64,000 bases of DNA from Andalucia godoyi And28 (Eukaryota; Protista; Jakobida): the NCBI GenBank assembly GCA_009859145.1, contig VRVR01000044.1, positions 124,001-188,000 on the forward strand, read 5' to 3'. The position numbers and the translations under genes were made by a program. The notes beneath the pieces were generated by a model, which worked only from the letters and a program-made list of their open reading frames with translations, ran no database searches and was not told the origin of the DNA. Positions 31,307 through 41,527 of this stretch are shown piece by piece; the first letter of the stretch is position 1, and every line of letters starts with the position of its first letter.

Positions 31307-32205
31307 GCAAATATACCCTCTGATTCTTGAGAAGTGAGTCGATTTCCCAATTGGAGTGAAACCCTGTCCTTTTTCGACTGAAACTTTTGGCTACAGTCGC
31401 TTTTCCTCACCAACCGACGGAAATGTTTCCTTGTCTTTTTCAGTAACCAATCGTTTTAAACCAAAGAAATAACTGGAGCACTGATCAGAAACATTATAAG
31501 AGAGTTGAATATTTATGAAGCGCACAGTGGAAATCGCTCAAAGAAACGGAAACAAGAGCAAAAAGGCCCGACCGTTGACAGAATTTGGTGCAAATGACAA
31601 TCAGGTAGCAAGTGCACCGCCGAGTCGGTCCTAAACAGGAGGCATCGTCGAGGCAAGTGATAAATCAGCATGATCAAGCTTAGCGTGGAGACAGGCATGC
31701 TTAGGTCCTTTTGCGGAACTAGAGAGCAGGATCTTGCGAGAAGGAGGTGAACCCCAAACGCTCACAACTCAGCAGACAGTGCGTGGGGGGAAAGACAACT
31801 TCGTACGTGTTCCGTTACTAAAGCGGAGAGATGCGCAAGCCGTAGCATCTGCTTCATCTGCTTCCGCAACCTCTTTCAACATTGCAAAACAAATTACCGC
31901 GAACGACGAAAACGTTGAACCGATTCCGGAAATTGGCCAAGACGCAATTCCCGAGCTTCAGAACTAGCAGATGGGAAATCGTAAGTCGAGAAAACCGAAT
32001 ATTGCAAGAAGCGTCGAAGGAGATCTGTGAAATGAAGAAAGATCGGAAACGGCAGAGTATCGATGCAGGCCGCAGTCAGAGAAACTCTGGTGAAAACCGC
32101 ACTGAGAACAAGAGAAGCGACTATAGCCAAAAGTTTCAGTCGAAAAGGACAGGGGTTCACTCCAATTGGGAAATCGACTCACCTCCCTAGAATAAGGGGA
32201 TATTA
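31307..32205. repeat. Pair of ~100-bp inverted repeats (31307-31412 and 32113-32205) about 700 bp apart
   Basis: The reverse complement of the left arm, AAGCGACTGTAGCCAAAAGTTTCAGTCGAAAAAGGACAGGGTTTCACTCCAATTGGGAAATCGACTCAC, matches AAGCGACTATAGCCAAAAGTTTCAGTCGAAAAGGACAGGGGTTCACTCCAATTGGGAAATCGACTCAC. Confidence 0.85.
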
Positions 32206-33067
32206 CCCTCCAACCACAACCTCTCCAAGCATTAGGATCGCATGTTGCAACCAATGGGTTCCCCTTTTGAGTGGGACATCCGTGGGTCTGCGCACCCCAA
32301 GAAATAGAAGCAACCTAGAGCTCTCGAATCGATCAATGAGTGCATTCGTTAGAAACCGTTTGGACTTTGGGAACCAGGAAAAGCCTAGGGATTCTCAACG
32401 AGCTTCATTTATTGCCATTCCGCCTTTTTATCCACTTGTTCATTCTCTCTCTCGATCTTTCATTCTCTGTTTTCAATCGAGCGGATATTGTATTTATTTG
32501 TTAATTGGCAAATGGTGTGAGACACAGAGAGCGAGGCCGCGGTGGAGGAGCCATCGATTACAAGGAATCGGTTGTCTGCATTCCACAGTGTCTCATTGGG
32601 GCGGCGACCTGCACACTTTCAGCCGTACTATCCGATGATATTCACAACAGTCCACCAGACGTTTGGGTTGTTTGGGTTATAAAAAGATTCGAAAGGTGGG
32701 ACTCGCGTGGAGCGCTACGACTGCGAAATAAGAGAAAAACAATGCCGAACAACATGGTTGACCGTTCTGTGTATGAACATCAAACAACGTCATACAGGAA
32801 ATTCTTGAGGAACGTTCATTTTTGAATGTTGAGTCGATCTGTCTTCGGTGATAGCTTAACGCCGATGATGACCAATCATAATGCATGTTTCGGCGAGCGG
32901 TAATAATAATAAATAGAAGCGCCATCTCATTGGGATTTGATGCATTGGGCTGCGGCCGCGGCAAAGGGAGGAGGACACTGGGACAGGAATGCAGGGAATG
33001 GATGAAACAGGAAGGAATCAAAAAAAGAATGTACATTTGTCAACGGGAAAGAAATGCAGCAGGTGGT

Positions 33068-34777
33068 TCAGGGTCTGAAGTGGACATGGGGTTTTTCGTA
33101 GTGTGCGGGGTGCATTGTCGGAAAGGACAGGACAAGGGTGGGCATTGGGGCGGATGAAGCGTACATTGGCTGCAAGTTCCCAGTCTGCGACGGAATGTTG
33201 ATGCCGATATGGGAAGCAATGGACGAAACCACAGTGGAGGTGGACGACACTGCGGTCGCAGCATCCGAAGGCAGCAAACAGCGTCGGACGGATGCTCCAG
33301 CATGCTCGTCCTGCGACTGCCTGATTGCAGAGTCCACGAAATGTCCCGCCTGGATGAGCTCGTGTGCATGGAGAGCAATCTCTGGGTGGAACATAGTAAA
33401 ATCAGAGGGAACCAGTTTCGTCATAATGTCTGGGTCAATCTTGTTCCAGAATGACGGTACCTTTCCTTCCGACACGATCTGGTGAAAACACAACAAGAGC
33501 AGACGCAAAGCGAATGACCGGATCGACATCTTATGCGGTAGCCGTTGCTTGACCATTCCGTGCGGCATGTTCTTTGCGATATAGTTGCTGTGCTCGTCAC
33601 TGAGCTTCCGCAGCAAGCCCCTTCTGAAATCTCTGTATCTCCACACTTTCTGCGGCGTTGGTGTGAGGCCGAACCGATGCGCAAGCTGGTTTTGGTTCAA
33701 TACATCCAGCTCATCTTGTCGTGAAGGCGTTGAAAATACTGGAGAAACCGACCGCGGATCCATTCGTGAAGAACTGGACGATGCATAACCGGTCTTCTCC
33801 ACAACTCTTGCAGAGTTTCTCGCCGCATGCGAAGAAAAGGACCGCGAACTCGGCATCGAAGGCGAATAGCTTGACGAACTTGACGCAATATGCAAAGAAC
33901 CGATAGGTAATGATGACGGACACGGAGAGCCTCCCATTGTCGAGCTCCGCTGTCTTGCTTTCGCGGACACTGCGGGCGATTGAGCTTCCATGCTTGGCGT
34001 TCGTGATGATGGGAATCCCGAAGCTTCCTCAGCGTGCATATGCTGTGTGGTAAACGTCGGGTGATGGTGGATCACCATCGGAGCGCTCGACGTCGGGTAC
34101 CCACCCGAAACATATCCTCTCATGGATGTGGGCGCCACCGGTCTTGTCGTCACCGGTCGAACGATTCCCTGTGGACAGCTCGCACTTGAAGCAGAAGACC
34201 CAATTACAATTCGCGGAGCAAAAGCCGAGAACGCCGATTGCACACTTGATACACTGGACACGCTGGATGCGCTGAACGCGCTCGATTGACCAGCATGTCC
34301 GTACGACGACGACAACGGGGTTGATGAATAACTCAGAGACAGGGAAGCATGGTACATTAACGACTTTTCAGAATTTGAAGATGCCAACAACAACGATTCT
34401 GCTTCATTATCATCAGTGCTCTTATGATTATCATCTCGACTACTACTCCGGATGCTACTTCGGATGCTACTTCGAATACTACTTTCACTTCCACTTCTTC
34501 TCCTTCTCCCACCATCACTATTACCATGATTATTGTTGTGGGGATCATTCTCGTTCTCATCATCATCATCATCGTCGTCGTCGTCGTGATGTTGGAAAAT
34601 GATTGCATCATCGTCATCGTCATCGTCATCATCATCATCAATAACAACAACATCATCATCGTCGTCGTCGTGTTGGAAAAGGATTGCATCGTCAATGTCG
34701 TCATCAGAATCGTAGTTCTCCTCCATGGCAGCCAAGTCTTGCGTGATGCTCCCAGGAAGCACTCGGATAAAAGACAT
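33068..34777 (-). CDS. Hypothetical protein with a very acidic N-terminus and Ser-rich low complexity
   Basis: Long ORF with poly-Asp tracts, a duplicated DDAIxFQH unit and SIRS repeats, and one ~130-aa globular-looking segment. The start was placed at MSFIRV. Confidence 0.65.
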   Translation of the reverse strand: MSFIRVLPGSITQDLAAMEENYDSDDDIDDAILFQHDDDDDDVVVIDDDDDDDDDDDAIIFQHHDDDDDDDDDENENDPHNNNHGNSDGGRRRRSGSESSIRSSIRSSIRSSSRDDNHKSTDDNEAESLLLASSNSEKSLMYHASLSLSYSSTPLSSSYGHAGQSSAFSASSVSSVSSVQSAFSAFAPRIVIGSSASSASCPQGIVRPVTTRPVAPTSMRGYVSGGYPTSSAPMVIHHHPTFTTQHMHAEEASGFPSSRTPSMEAQSPAVSAKARQRSSTMGGSPCPSSLPIGSLHIASSSSSYSPSMPSSRSFSSHAARNSARVVEKTGYASSSSSRMDPRSVSPVFSTPSRQDELDVLNQNQLAHRFGLTPTPQKVWRYRDFRRGLLRKLSDEHSNYIAKNMPHGMVKQRLPHKMSIRSFALRLLLLCFHQIVSEGKVPSFWNKIDPDIMTKLVPSDFTMFHPEIALHAHELIQAGHFVDSAIRQSQDEHAGASVRRCLLPSDAATAVSSTSTVVSSIASHIGINIPSQTGNLQPMYASSAPMPTLVLSFPTMHPAHYEKPHVHFRP

Positions 34778-35213
34778 TTTCTTCAAATGGAGACCTTTCC
34801 CTTTCCAGCCCACCTTCCACCAACACACAAACACACGAACACGCGAACACGAGCGACACTGAAAGAAAAATCAATACTATGAAAAAAGGAAAAGGCGAAA
34901 GTCCAGAAAGATAAATGGAAGAACGCGGTGTTCGAACAGAAACGGAGTTTTTCACGCCATTAAATATGCTTTCAACAAGAATGAATTTTATTATTTAAAA
35001 TAATCCCCTCATTTTTATCAGCTTGCGCGAAACTCTGTTACGACTGGCGGAGCATTTTGCCTTGGACGCACGAGAAGAGCCTTTTTATGATTTTATTTTT
35101 TTTTCGCTCAAATTTGCTCGATTGTCGGAATCGGGGATTTTCTTTTTTTTTCCCCCGACTCCCGCCACTCGCCGTGCAGAAGCGTGCGTTATAAATATAA
35201 TAAAATGGTGATG

Positions 35214-38200
35214 CTAAACCGCTGAAAATTCCACAGACTGACAAAACCATGAAAACTCCGTATTGACGCCTCGTTTGCTTGATTCTCCGAACGACCAGTG
35301 ACAATGACCGGACAGTCTGTACGATCCCTTTGTCACACACAAGATGTGAAACGAATAGACGAGATTCTTCCGTGACATGATATCGGACCACGGAGAAGAT
35401 AGGTGCGGCTTTCCATGCATGATCACATGTTTGGAGTGGGAACTGTGCAGTAACTCGCGAGGAGACGACACTTCGACACGGACATTCAGTCCAAGGTTCT
35501 TGAGCAGCTGCTCCGAAAACAATGCTCTTTGGACTTCTTCAGACGGAATAAATACAGAAACCGTAGCAGTCACCTTCGTCAGTACCCCAACCTTCAATGA
35601 TATTACAGGAGAAGCCAGGTCTGCAGGAGAATCAGCAAGCTTAAAGCATACGGATACCATGGGTCGACATAGCTGTTGCATCAACTCAATGGACAAGTGG
35701 CTTGGCTTTAGTCGCAAACGTCCGCTGCAGCCAAGGGACGACTTCCACGGTATACTAACCAAAGGCGACAAGTAGTTTGAGCACCGAAGAACATCCTCGT
35801 GATTCAATTTTCTTGGCTTTCCCTTCGAATCCACTTTGCAGTGCAGCTTTTGCCAAACGTCGGGATCCTCAAAGAGCGGAATGTCCACGGAGCAACTGGA
35901 GGAACATCCCGGAGGAATGGTGATTTCTTGCTGAAGACATGCAGATCCACTAAGAAGATTTGCAACGTCAAGCGTCAGCCTTCGACGATCCGAGGCAAAG
36001 GTCTCGCAATTTCCAACCGTGATACTGCAAACGGAAAGAGCAGGCATAAGGTCCACTATGAATTCCACGATTGCTTCCCGTTCCCACTCAAGAGCTCGGC
36101 GGTCGCTGCTGCTGGAATTGGAAGGCGTTCCCGAGTAGGAAATCCTCACAACGCATTTCCGTTGAGTTGCGCCGTCTTTATACCGAATATGGCCACTGAT
36201 GCTCATTGGGATAGGCAGCATTTCGCCCGGGAGCAGGGAAACTGCCGGATCGGACAGCGCAGATGCATCAATCGAAAGGGATATTTCATCAGGATGGTAG
36301 ATGTCTGAAGAGTCTCTGGGTACGGACAGCAACTGAATGGAGGTTACAGGAATGGAGGAGTGGTTTCGCACCACTAGCTTGGCAGCAACAGTCTCGCCGT
36401 CGGAAAGGATGATGCGATCCAGCCCGCTATCCAGCTTGACGGTCACCAAAGGAAGCGGCGACACCACGGTAAGCCCTGCGCAAACACTTGGAAGAATGGA
36501 AACTGGAATGTACAACGATTGGGGAAAGCTAAATTCGCGGATGTCTATCCAGAGCCCGACCACATTCATCAACAAGGCCGTCGCGGTTGGGATGAACGAG
36601 GCACGGATGCGGCGTTGCTCGCCATCTGCTTTCAATCGAGTGCGAGGCATTTCGCACGGTAGCCGACCAATTGTCGTCTGCAGCGAGCAGCCAAGCACAG
36701 TTAAGTCAAACGCGTAGGGATTATAAAATGTGAGTTCGACTTCCGCAGGCTCATCCACAACCCACGTGAAAAATTGAGGGGCGTTGACATTCGCCGCATG
36801 CTTTCCGATGTTCGAATATATGAACACGGAGTGTGCTTCCACATTTGTGCCCGTCCGCACCGCTTTCCTCTCCGCCACGACATGCAATGGCTTCACCTCT
36901 TTCAAGAGAGAAAATGCGTGCAGGCAAATTGGCGAGTGCGATGGACAATTCGGTGCAACGGCTACTAGGGAATTGTAGAGATCCTGTTGCTCGTGCAGAG
37001 AAAACACGTCTCGAAAGTACGAAAATGAGTAAAAAATCAGCTGCGCCTGCAAGCTAAAATCTCTCAACTTTTCCGAGACGAGGATCATTTCGTAGAGAAT
37101 CGATTTCTGGAGGACTCTCCAGTTGGAGGACCACCTTACCTGCACAGGCTGCGCCACAGCCTCCTGGCTTCCACCGACATGGTAGAGACTGACCGATTTC
37201 GTGCCAATGACATCAGCAGCTTTCTTCAGCAACGCCAGGCAGACTTGGTAGTTGCACAAGTCGAAGTGCAGTCTTGCTGTTTGTCGCAGAAAGAAGCACA
37301 ATTTTCTTCTGCACGATAACGTAGAAGACACAATAGCCGCAGCTGCATTTGCAACAACTTGGTTTTGAGTCGTTAGCCCTGCCGAGGCGTGGATTCCCGC
37401 GCTAATGTACGACACTGCATCCGCGACATTTGTCGCAGAAGAGGGAAGCGACGACAGAAATCTGGCCATCTTGAAGCACCCCTCTACCACCAGGTGAAAG
37501 GCCTTCTTTTTCCTGTACGTGCTTATTGCCTCGTCATACAAAATTCGAACTCGCTGCTCGACAGTTTGCGCAGGAGCTTCTCCATTCCCTGCTGTGATCG
37601 TGGAGCTCGAAGACGCGGAGCTCGAGCCTGGCGCCGATTTTGCAGGAGACATGATGTCCGAAAGAAGTGATGAGACACGATCCATGGCAGACGGTCTTGA
37701 GAGCAATGAAAAATCTACAAAATCGTGGCTTTCGAGCAGCAGCAGTGTACACGCCAGACCCTCCTGGGCACCCGCAACCCACAAGCTGTCGTTTGAACTC
37801 TTACACAGCTCTACGGCAGTGGTGTATCTTTCGTATGCATCCTTTGTTGAGCCCAGCAGCAGCGCAAAATCACCAACCATCTTGTGCAGTCTGGCGGTGC
37901 GTGTCTTTTTTTGCATAATCTGCATGTTCGGCACAGGCGGCACCTGCACCTGGGGAGCATTTGGCCCCGTTCCTATTGGCCCTGAAGCATTCTGGAGTGC
38001 TGAAAGAGACGATGAACTGGGCAATGGGTCCGCTGGAAGAAGCGCACTCTGTGCAGCACGGTCCAACGGCGTGAGAAGCTGGAAAGAGTCGCTTGCGAAC
38101 GCAACCGTGACATGCTTTTCAATTGACCATATCAAATCGCTGACGACATCCGCAAGAAACGTCGTCAGATAAAACCGCAAATGAGCTATCCTGTCTTCTT

Positions 38201-38702
38201 CTTCTTCTTCATTGCCACCACCACCATAAGATGGAATCATTGCAAACTTATCCAATGGAACATTCTCTTCATCTGCATCGACTGGTTCAAATGCAAAGCA
38301 TCGAAAGCAAAATGCCTCTGGGAATGCATTTCTCGAAAGCTTCAAAAACTGTTGGTGCGCTGTAGCAATTGACTCGCAGTGCCGGCAATGGATGATTCCA
38401 ATGACCGCCGATATCCTTCGGTGCGCTTGGAAGTCTCCAAGGTCCGAACTCGCTCCATTTGCAGCATTTGCGTAGAATGAGACAAACTTGAACCGCACGC
38501 GTCCATCGTTCCAGTCCAGATGAGGGAACGTCGCAGGAACCCCACGCTCCACTTTCATCGCACTCGACAGCGATACAGCATCAAGCGACGACACTATGTT
38601 GCGAAGTCGATCAAACTCTCGAGAAGGAAGATTCCCGACAGGAACAAGCGCAATGCGTACTCGACACGCATCAAGTATCGACGCATCCACATCGAGACTC
38701 AT
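35214..38702 (-). CDS. TRAPPC9: TRAPP II complex subunit Trs120
   Basis: RIALVPVG..., WNDGRVRFKF, DLGDFQAHRRISAVIGIIHC, ARLHKMVGDFALLLGSTKDAYERY..A...K..NDSLWVAGAQEGL, WVVDEPAEVELTFYNPYAFDL. Confidence 0.9.
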   Translation of the reverse strand: MSLDVDASILDACRVRIALVPVGNLPSREFDRLRNIVSSLDAVSLSSAMKVERGVPATFPHLDWNDGRVRFKFVSFYANAANGASSDLGDFQAHRRISAVIGIIHCRHCESIATAHQQFLKLSRNAFPEAFCFRCFAFEPVDADEENVPLDKFAMIPSYGGGGNEEEEEDRIAHLRFYLTTFLADVVSDLIWSIEKHVTVAFASDSFQLLTPLDRAAQSALLPADPLPSSSSLSALQNASGPIGTGPNAPQVQVPPVPNMQIMQKKTRTARLHKMVGDFALLLGSTKDAYERYTTAVELCKSSNDSLWVAGAQEGLACTLLLLESHDFVDFSLLSRPSAMDRVSSLLSDIMSPAKSAPGSSSASSSSTITAGNGEAPAQTVEQRVRILYDEAISTYRKKKAFHLVVEGCFKMARFLSSLPSSATNVADAVSYISAGIHASAGLTTQNQVVANAAAAIVSSTLSCRRKLCFFLRQTARLHFDLCNYQVCLALLKKAADVIGTKSVSLYHVGGSQEAVAQPVQVRWSSNWRVLQKSILYEMILVSEKLRDFSLQAQLIFYSFSYFRDVFSLHEQQDLYNSLVAVAPNCPSHSPICLHAFSLLKEVKPLHVVAERKAVRTGTNVEAHSVFIYSNIGKHAANVNAPQFFTWVVDEPAEVELTFYNPYAFDLTVLGCSLQTTIGRLPCEMPRTRLKADGEQRRIRASFIPTATALLMNVVGLWIDIREFSFPQSLYIPVSILPSVCAGLTVVSPLPLVTVKLDSGLDRIILSDGETVAAKLVVRNHSSIPVTSIQLLSVPRDSSDIYHPDEISLSIDASALSDPAVSLLPGEMLPIPMSISGHIRYKDGATQRKCVVRISYSGTPSNSSSSDRRALEWEREAIVEFIVDLMPALSVCSITVGNCETFASDRRRLTLDVANLLSGSACLQQEITIPPGCSSSCSVDIPLFEDPDVWQKLHCKVDSKGKPRKLNHEDVLRCSNYLSPLVSIPWKSSLGCSGRLRLKPSHLSIELMQQLCRPMVSVCFKLADSPADLASPVISLKVGVLTKVTATVSVFIPSEEVQRALFSEQLLKNLGLNVRVEVSSPRELLHSSHSKHVIMHGKPHLSSPWSDIMSRKNLVYSFHILCVTKGSYRLSGHCHWSFGESSKRGVNTEFSWFCQSVEFSAV

Positions 38703-39110
38703 CGAGACATGTACCTACAAAAAAAAACAAATTGCTGCTGCTACTCCTAACCTACGTATATATAATAATAATAAATAATAATCAATAATCAGTAATTGAT
38801 AATCAGTAAATTGATAGCAACGCGGAAACACAATGAAAGTATCGAGAGGAAGGCCCAAGAAAACATCAAAGTGGAATCGGCTGTCGTTTCAAATGGAAGA
38901 CGAACGGATACGACAGCTGGGCTTCCAAATAGCTCAGTGATGTGCATCGTTCAGAACGTACTGGCAAATCACTTATTGTGTGAAGCATTCAATGAAAGCA
39001 GTATCCAGAATATTATCAAGAAGTCTTCATCTGATTTTTTAAATAAAAAATTAATAATTCCATTATATGAGAGGAGGGGGATAATGTACAGAGTCGCAGG
39101 CGATCGAAAA

Positions 39111-40421
39111 CTATCCACAGGATCTGGTTGCACTGAGGGGAACTGGCAGGAGCCGTGGAATAGTGCGGTCTGCAACTTGGAGGATGGGAAGAGGACTCGA
39201 GGGGCTGGTCTGGCTGGTTTCTGCGAATTGCACGAAACCTGACTCCGGCTCATACTCGGACAGCGTGCATAGGTCGGTTGGTCGGCCGCTGAACGAAAAT
39301 GACGTGCATAGAGGTGAAAAGTCGACCGAACCATGACGGCTGCTGCTACTGCTGCTACTGCTGCTGCTGCTCCTGTGCGCCGCACCCATCATACTTTTGA
39401 GAATCGAGCGTGACTTCCTTGTAGACCCGGGCTTTAAGAGTTCGACTGGATTTTCGTGGTTGAACACAATCTGGCGGACTTTTGTGCTGAACCGGACGTC
39501 AGCATCACCATGCGGCTTCACCACGTCTGCACGAGCCCAATTCCCGTCCGTTCGCGGCTTGTCGACACGCCGTCTTCTGTGCTTCATCATTGGCATTGAC
39601 CCCACGGACGATGCAGCAACAGCAGGAGCAGGAGCGGGGGCAGGAGCAGGAGCAGGAGCACTGTACAAGACTCCGGAGATGTGCGCTGGCTTGATAAAGG
39701 TGTCTTCCCAGTTGGAGCTGGACTCGGTCATCATTGGGGTCCACGCTGCATCAAACGGCGAGTCCAAGCTTGTACTAGACAGAGGCAGCGATGTTCCTCG
39801 AGGATTCGCAGCACGGCACGGAAGCGTCGGGCCAGAACAACACAAGGACGGAAGGGACGATGAAGCATCACAGCTCACTCGAAGGATGCTTGACGAGTGC
39901 GAGCCACTGCTGTGGTTGTGCTGCAGAACCGAGCCAACGGTCCACCGATGCAACTTCTCGTCAAACTCATCCTTCTTCCTGGCACTCACCCTGTCATTCG
40001 CAGTACCGAAGTTGGAATGAAATCGACTGCCCTGTTCGCGTCGGCGATTCCATGCATGTAAGAACTCTGCTTCTTTGAACCCAAGGCCATAGTGGTGGGA
40101 AGGAAGGTCGTGTAGCTGTTCTTTTGAATTTCTCGGCTTCATGCGAGGAGAGGAGATCGTGCGAGTTTCTGTCCATACGGCATTTGTACCATCGTCGGAC
40201 AAGCTTGATCTCTGCGAATCCATCCGTTGTACGCTCGACGGACCGAGTTCATGTCGTGCACCAGTGGCGTCCTGCCGATCGAAACTCGCCGATCGACTAC
40301 GTCGTGGAGGATCAGTCGAATCCACAGATTGAGTGCTGTTGCGCTGACGAATCTTGTTCAGCGAGTCTTCGTACTGCAATCGAGATTCTGAAGGAGCCAC
40401 CTTGGACGAAGAACATCCCAT
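39111..40421 (-). CDS. Hypothetical disordered protein with predicted N-myristoylation/palmitoylation
   Basis: 436-aa ORF starting MGCSSSK; mostly low complexity. Confidence 0.65.
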   Translation of the reverse strand: MGCSSSKVAPSESRLQYEDSLNKIRQRNSTQSVDSTDPPRRSRSASFDRQDATGARHELGPSSVQRMDSQRSSLSDDGTNAVWTETRTISSPRMKPRNSKEQLHDLPSHHYGLGFKEAEFLHAWNRRREQGSRFHSNFGTANDRVSARKKDEFDEKLHRWTVGSVLQHNHSSGSHSSSILRVSCDASSSLPSLCCSGPTLPCRAANPRGTSLPLSSTSLDSPFDAAWTPMMTESSSNWEDTFIKPAHISGVLYSAPAPAPAPAPAPAVAASSVGSMPMMKHRRRRVDKPRTDGNWARADVVKPHGDADVRFSTKVRQIVFNHENPVELLKPGSTRKSRSILKSMMGAAHRSSSSSSSSSSSRHGSVDFSPLCTSFSFSGRPTDLCTLSEYEPESGFVQFAETSQTSPSSPLPILQVADRTIPRLLPVPLSATRSCG

Positions 40422-40898
40422 CGAAAACCACGAACCGCACGATCACAGAAAGGCGCCCAAGTCGACTTTCTTTTTATATTTCTCTTTTAAAAACAACAAT
40501 AATAAATAAAATAAAAAAGAGGGAACGAGAAAAGAAGAATGTTTGTCGAAGAGCATCCCCTTTTTAAAATAATTTGTTCTTCTTCTTCTTTCGCATACGG
40601 GTTTCTGGAACCTTAGAGAAGTCGGGAAAGTCGGGAACGCGTATCGGAATCCGAGAATGTGGGTATTTTTGGGGAGGTCCTTTCTAGCCTTTCTGCGGAC
40701 AGCGGAATATTTCATTTTAGGACGGATCGCGAGATTCGGGGAATAACCAGAAACGTTGAAATCGGGAGATTTGTGGAGGAGCTGAACGCTAGCGACGCAA
40801 GAGCAGATTGGTTCATTTTTTGCCACGGGATCGCAGCACAGTGAACATTGCACAATGTCAAAAAAGGGGAGAGCTTTCCTGCATGGATGTGGCAGCGC

Positions 40899-41001
40899 CG
40901 AGCAGTGCCTACATCATACACTGAACATGCATATCTACGGATAGACATGCATATTCAGTCTTGCATCCCGTTGCCGCGAAGGGGATAGGCCCCAACACGC
41001 C
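40899..41001 (-). ncRNA. Putative omegaRNA scaffold core of copy C
   Basis: GGCGTGTTGGGGCCTATCCCCTTC, a GCAA-tetraloop hairpin, a 17-bp hairpin (40921-40958) with two G-U pairs in this orientation, and a 3' TGTAGGC. Confidence 0.65.
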
Positions 41002-41244
41002 CATATTTGAAATAAAAAGTGACACCAAAAAAAGTGAAACCAACGAATGATAGAATAGATGGCTACGGATGCTGCGTTAAAGAGTGTCGAAAATGCAGAG
41101 CCTGTGTCACCGGCTGAATTCTGGCCGAGCGTGCGTAAGCACGAATTCCCTGTGAAGCAAACGTGCTAGTGTCGGCCAGTGTCGACCGTGTCTGTTTATG
41201 GATACTTCTGCATGCATGACAACGACGTGTCATTATTCAACGGT
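40899..41244 (-). mobile_element. Miniature Fanzor-derived element, copy C (~345 bp: left end plus omegaRNA, no coding remnant)
   Basis: The reverse complement of 41002-41244 matches 16307-16537. It is fused directly at AAATATGGGCGTG to the right-end block matching 16771-16856. Confidence 0.85.
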
Positions 41245-41377
41245 GTATTTCGATCATTTTTCGATCGGGATTCTCTCTTCACTTGCCTTTCCAAGTGTTT
41301 GAGGTTTCTTTGAGGTTTAAGAAACCGTTACCAGACATTTCTGATGCGCCCGGGTTACCACCATGCACACGGGGGGA

Positions 41378-41409
<32 letters not shown>

Positions 41410-41527
41410 AGGATCGGTGACAGTTCGATCATGTTGATCAGCAAGTCTGGTTCGCGGAAGGCATTGCGCTAATTTACATGGATTGGTCGAGTGAAAAAAT
41501 AAATAAATAAAAATCATCTAAATATTA

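Noticed and set aside
13782-38702. Apparent enrichment of membrane-trafficking genes (PX-ELMO, WASHC3, TRAPPC9, PIGM, SLC35C2-like)
   Set aside because: These are common housekeeping classes in mixed orientations; there is no evidence of a functional cluster.
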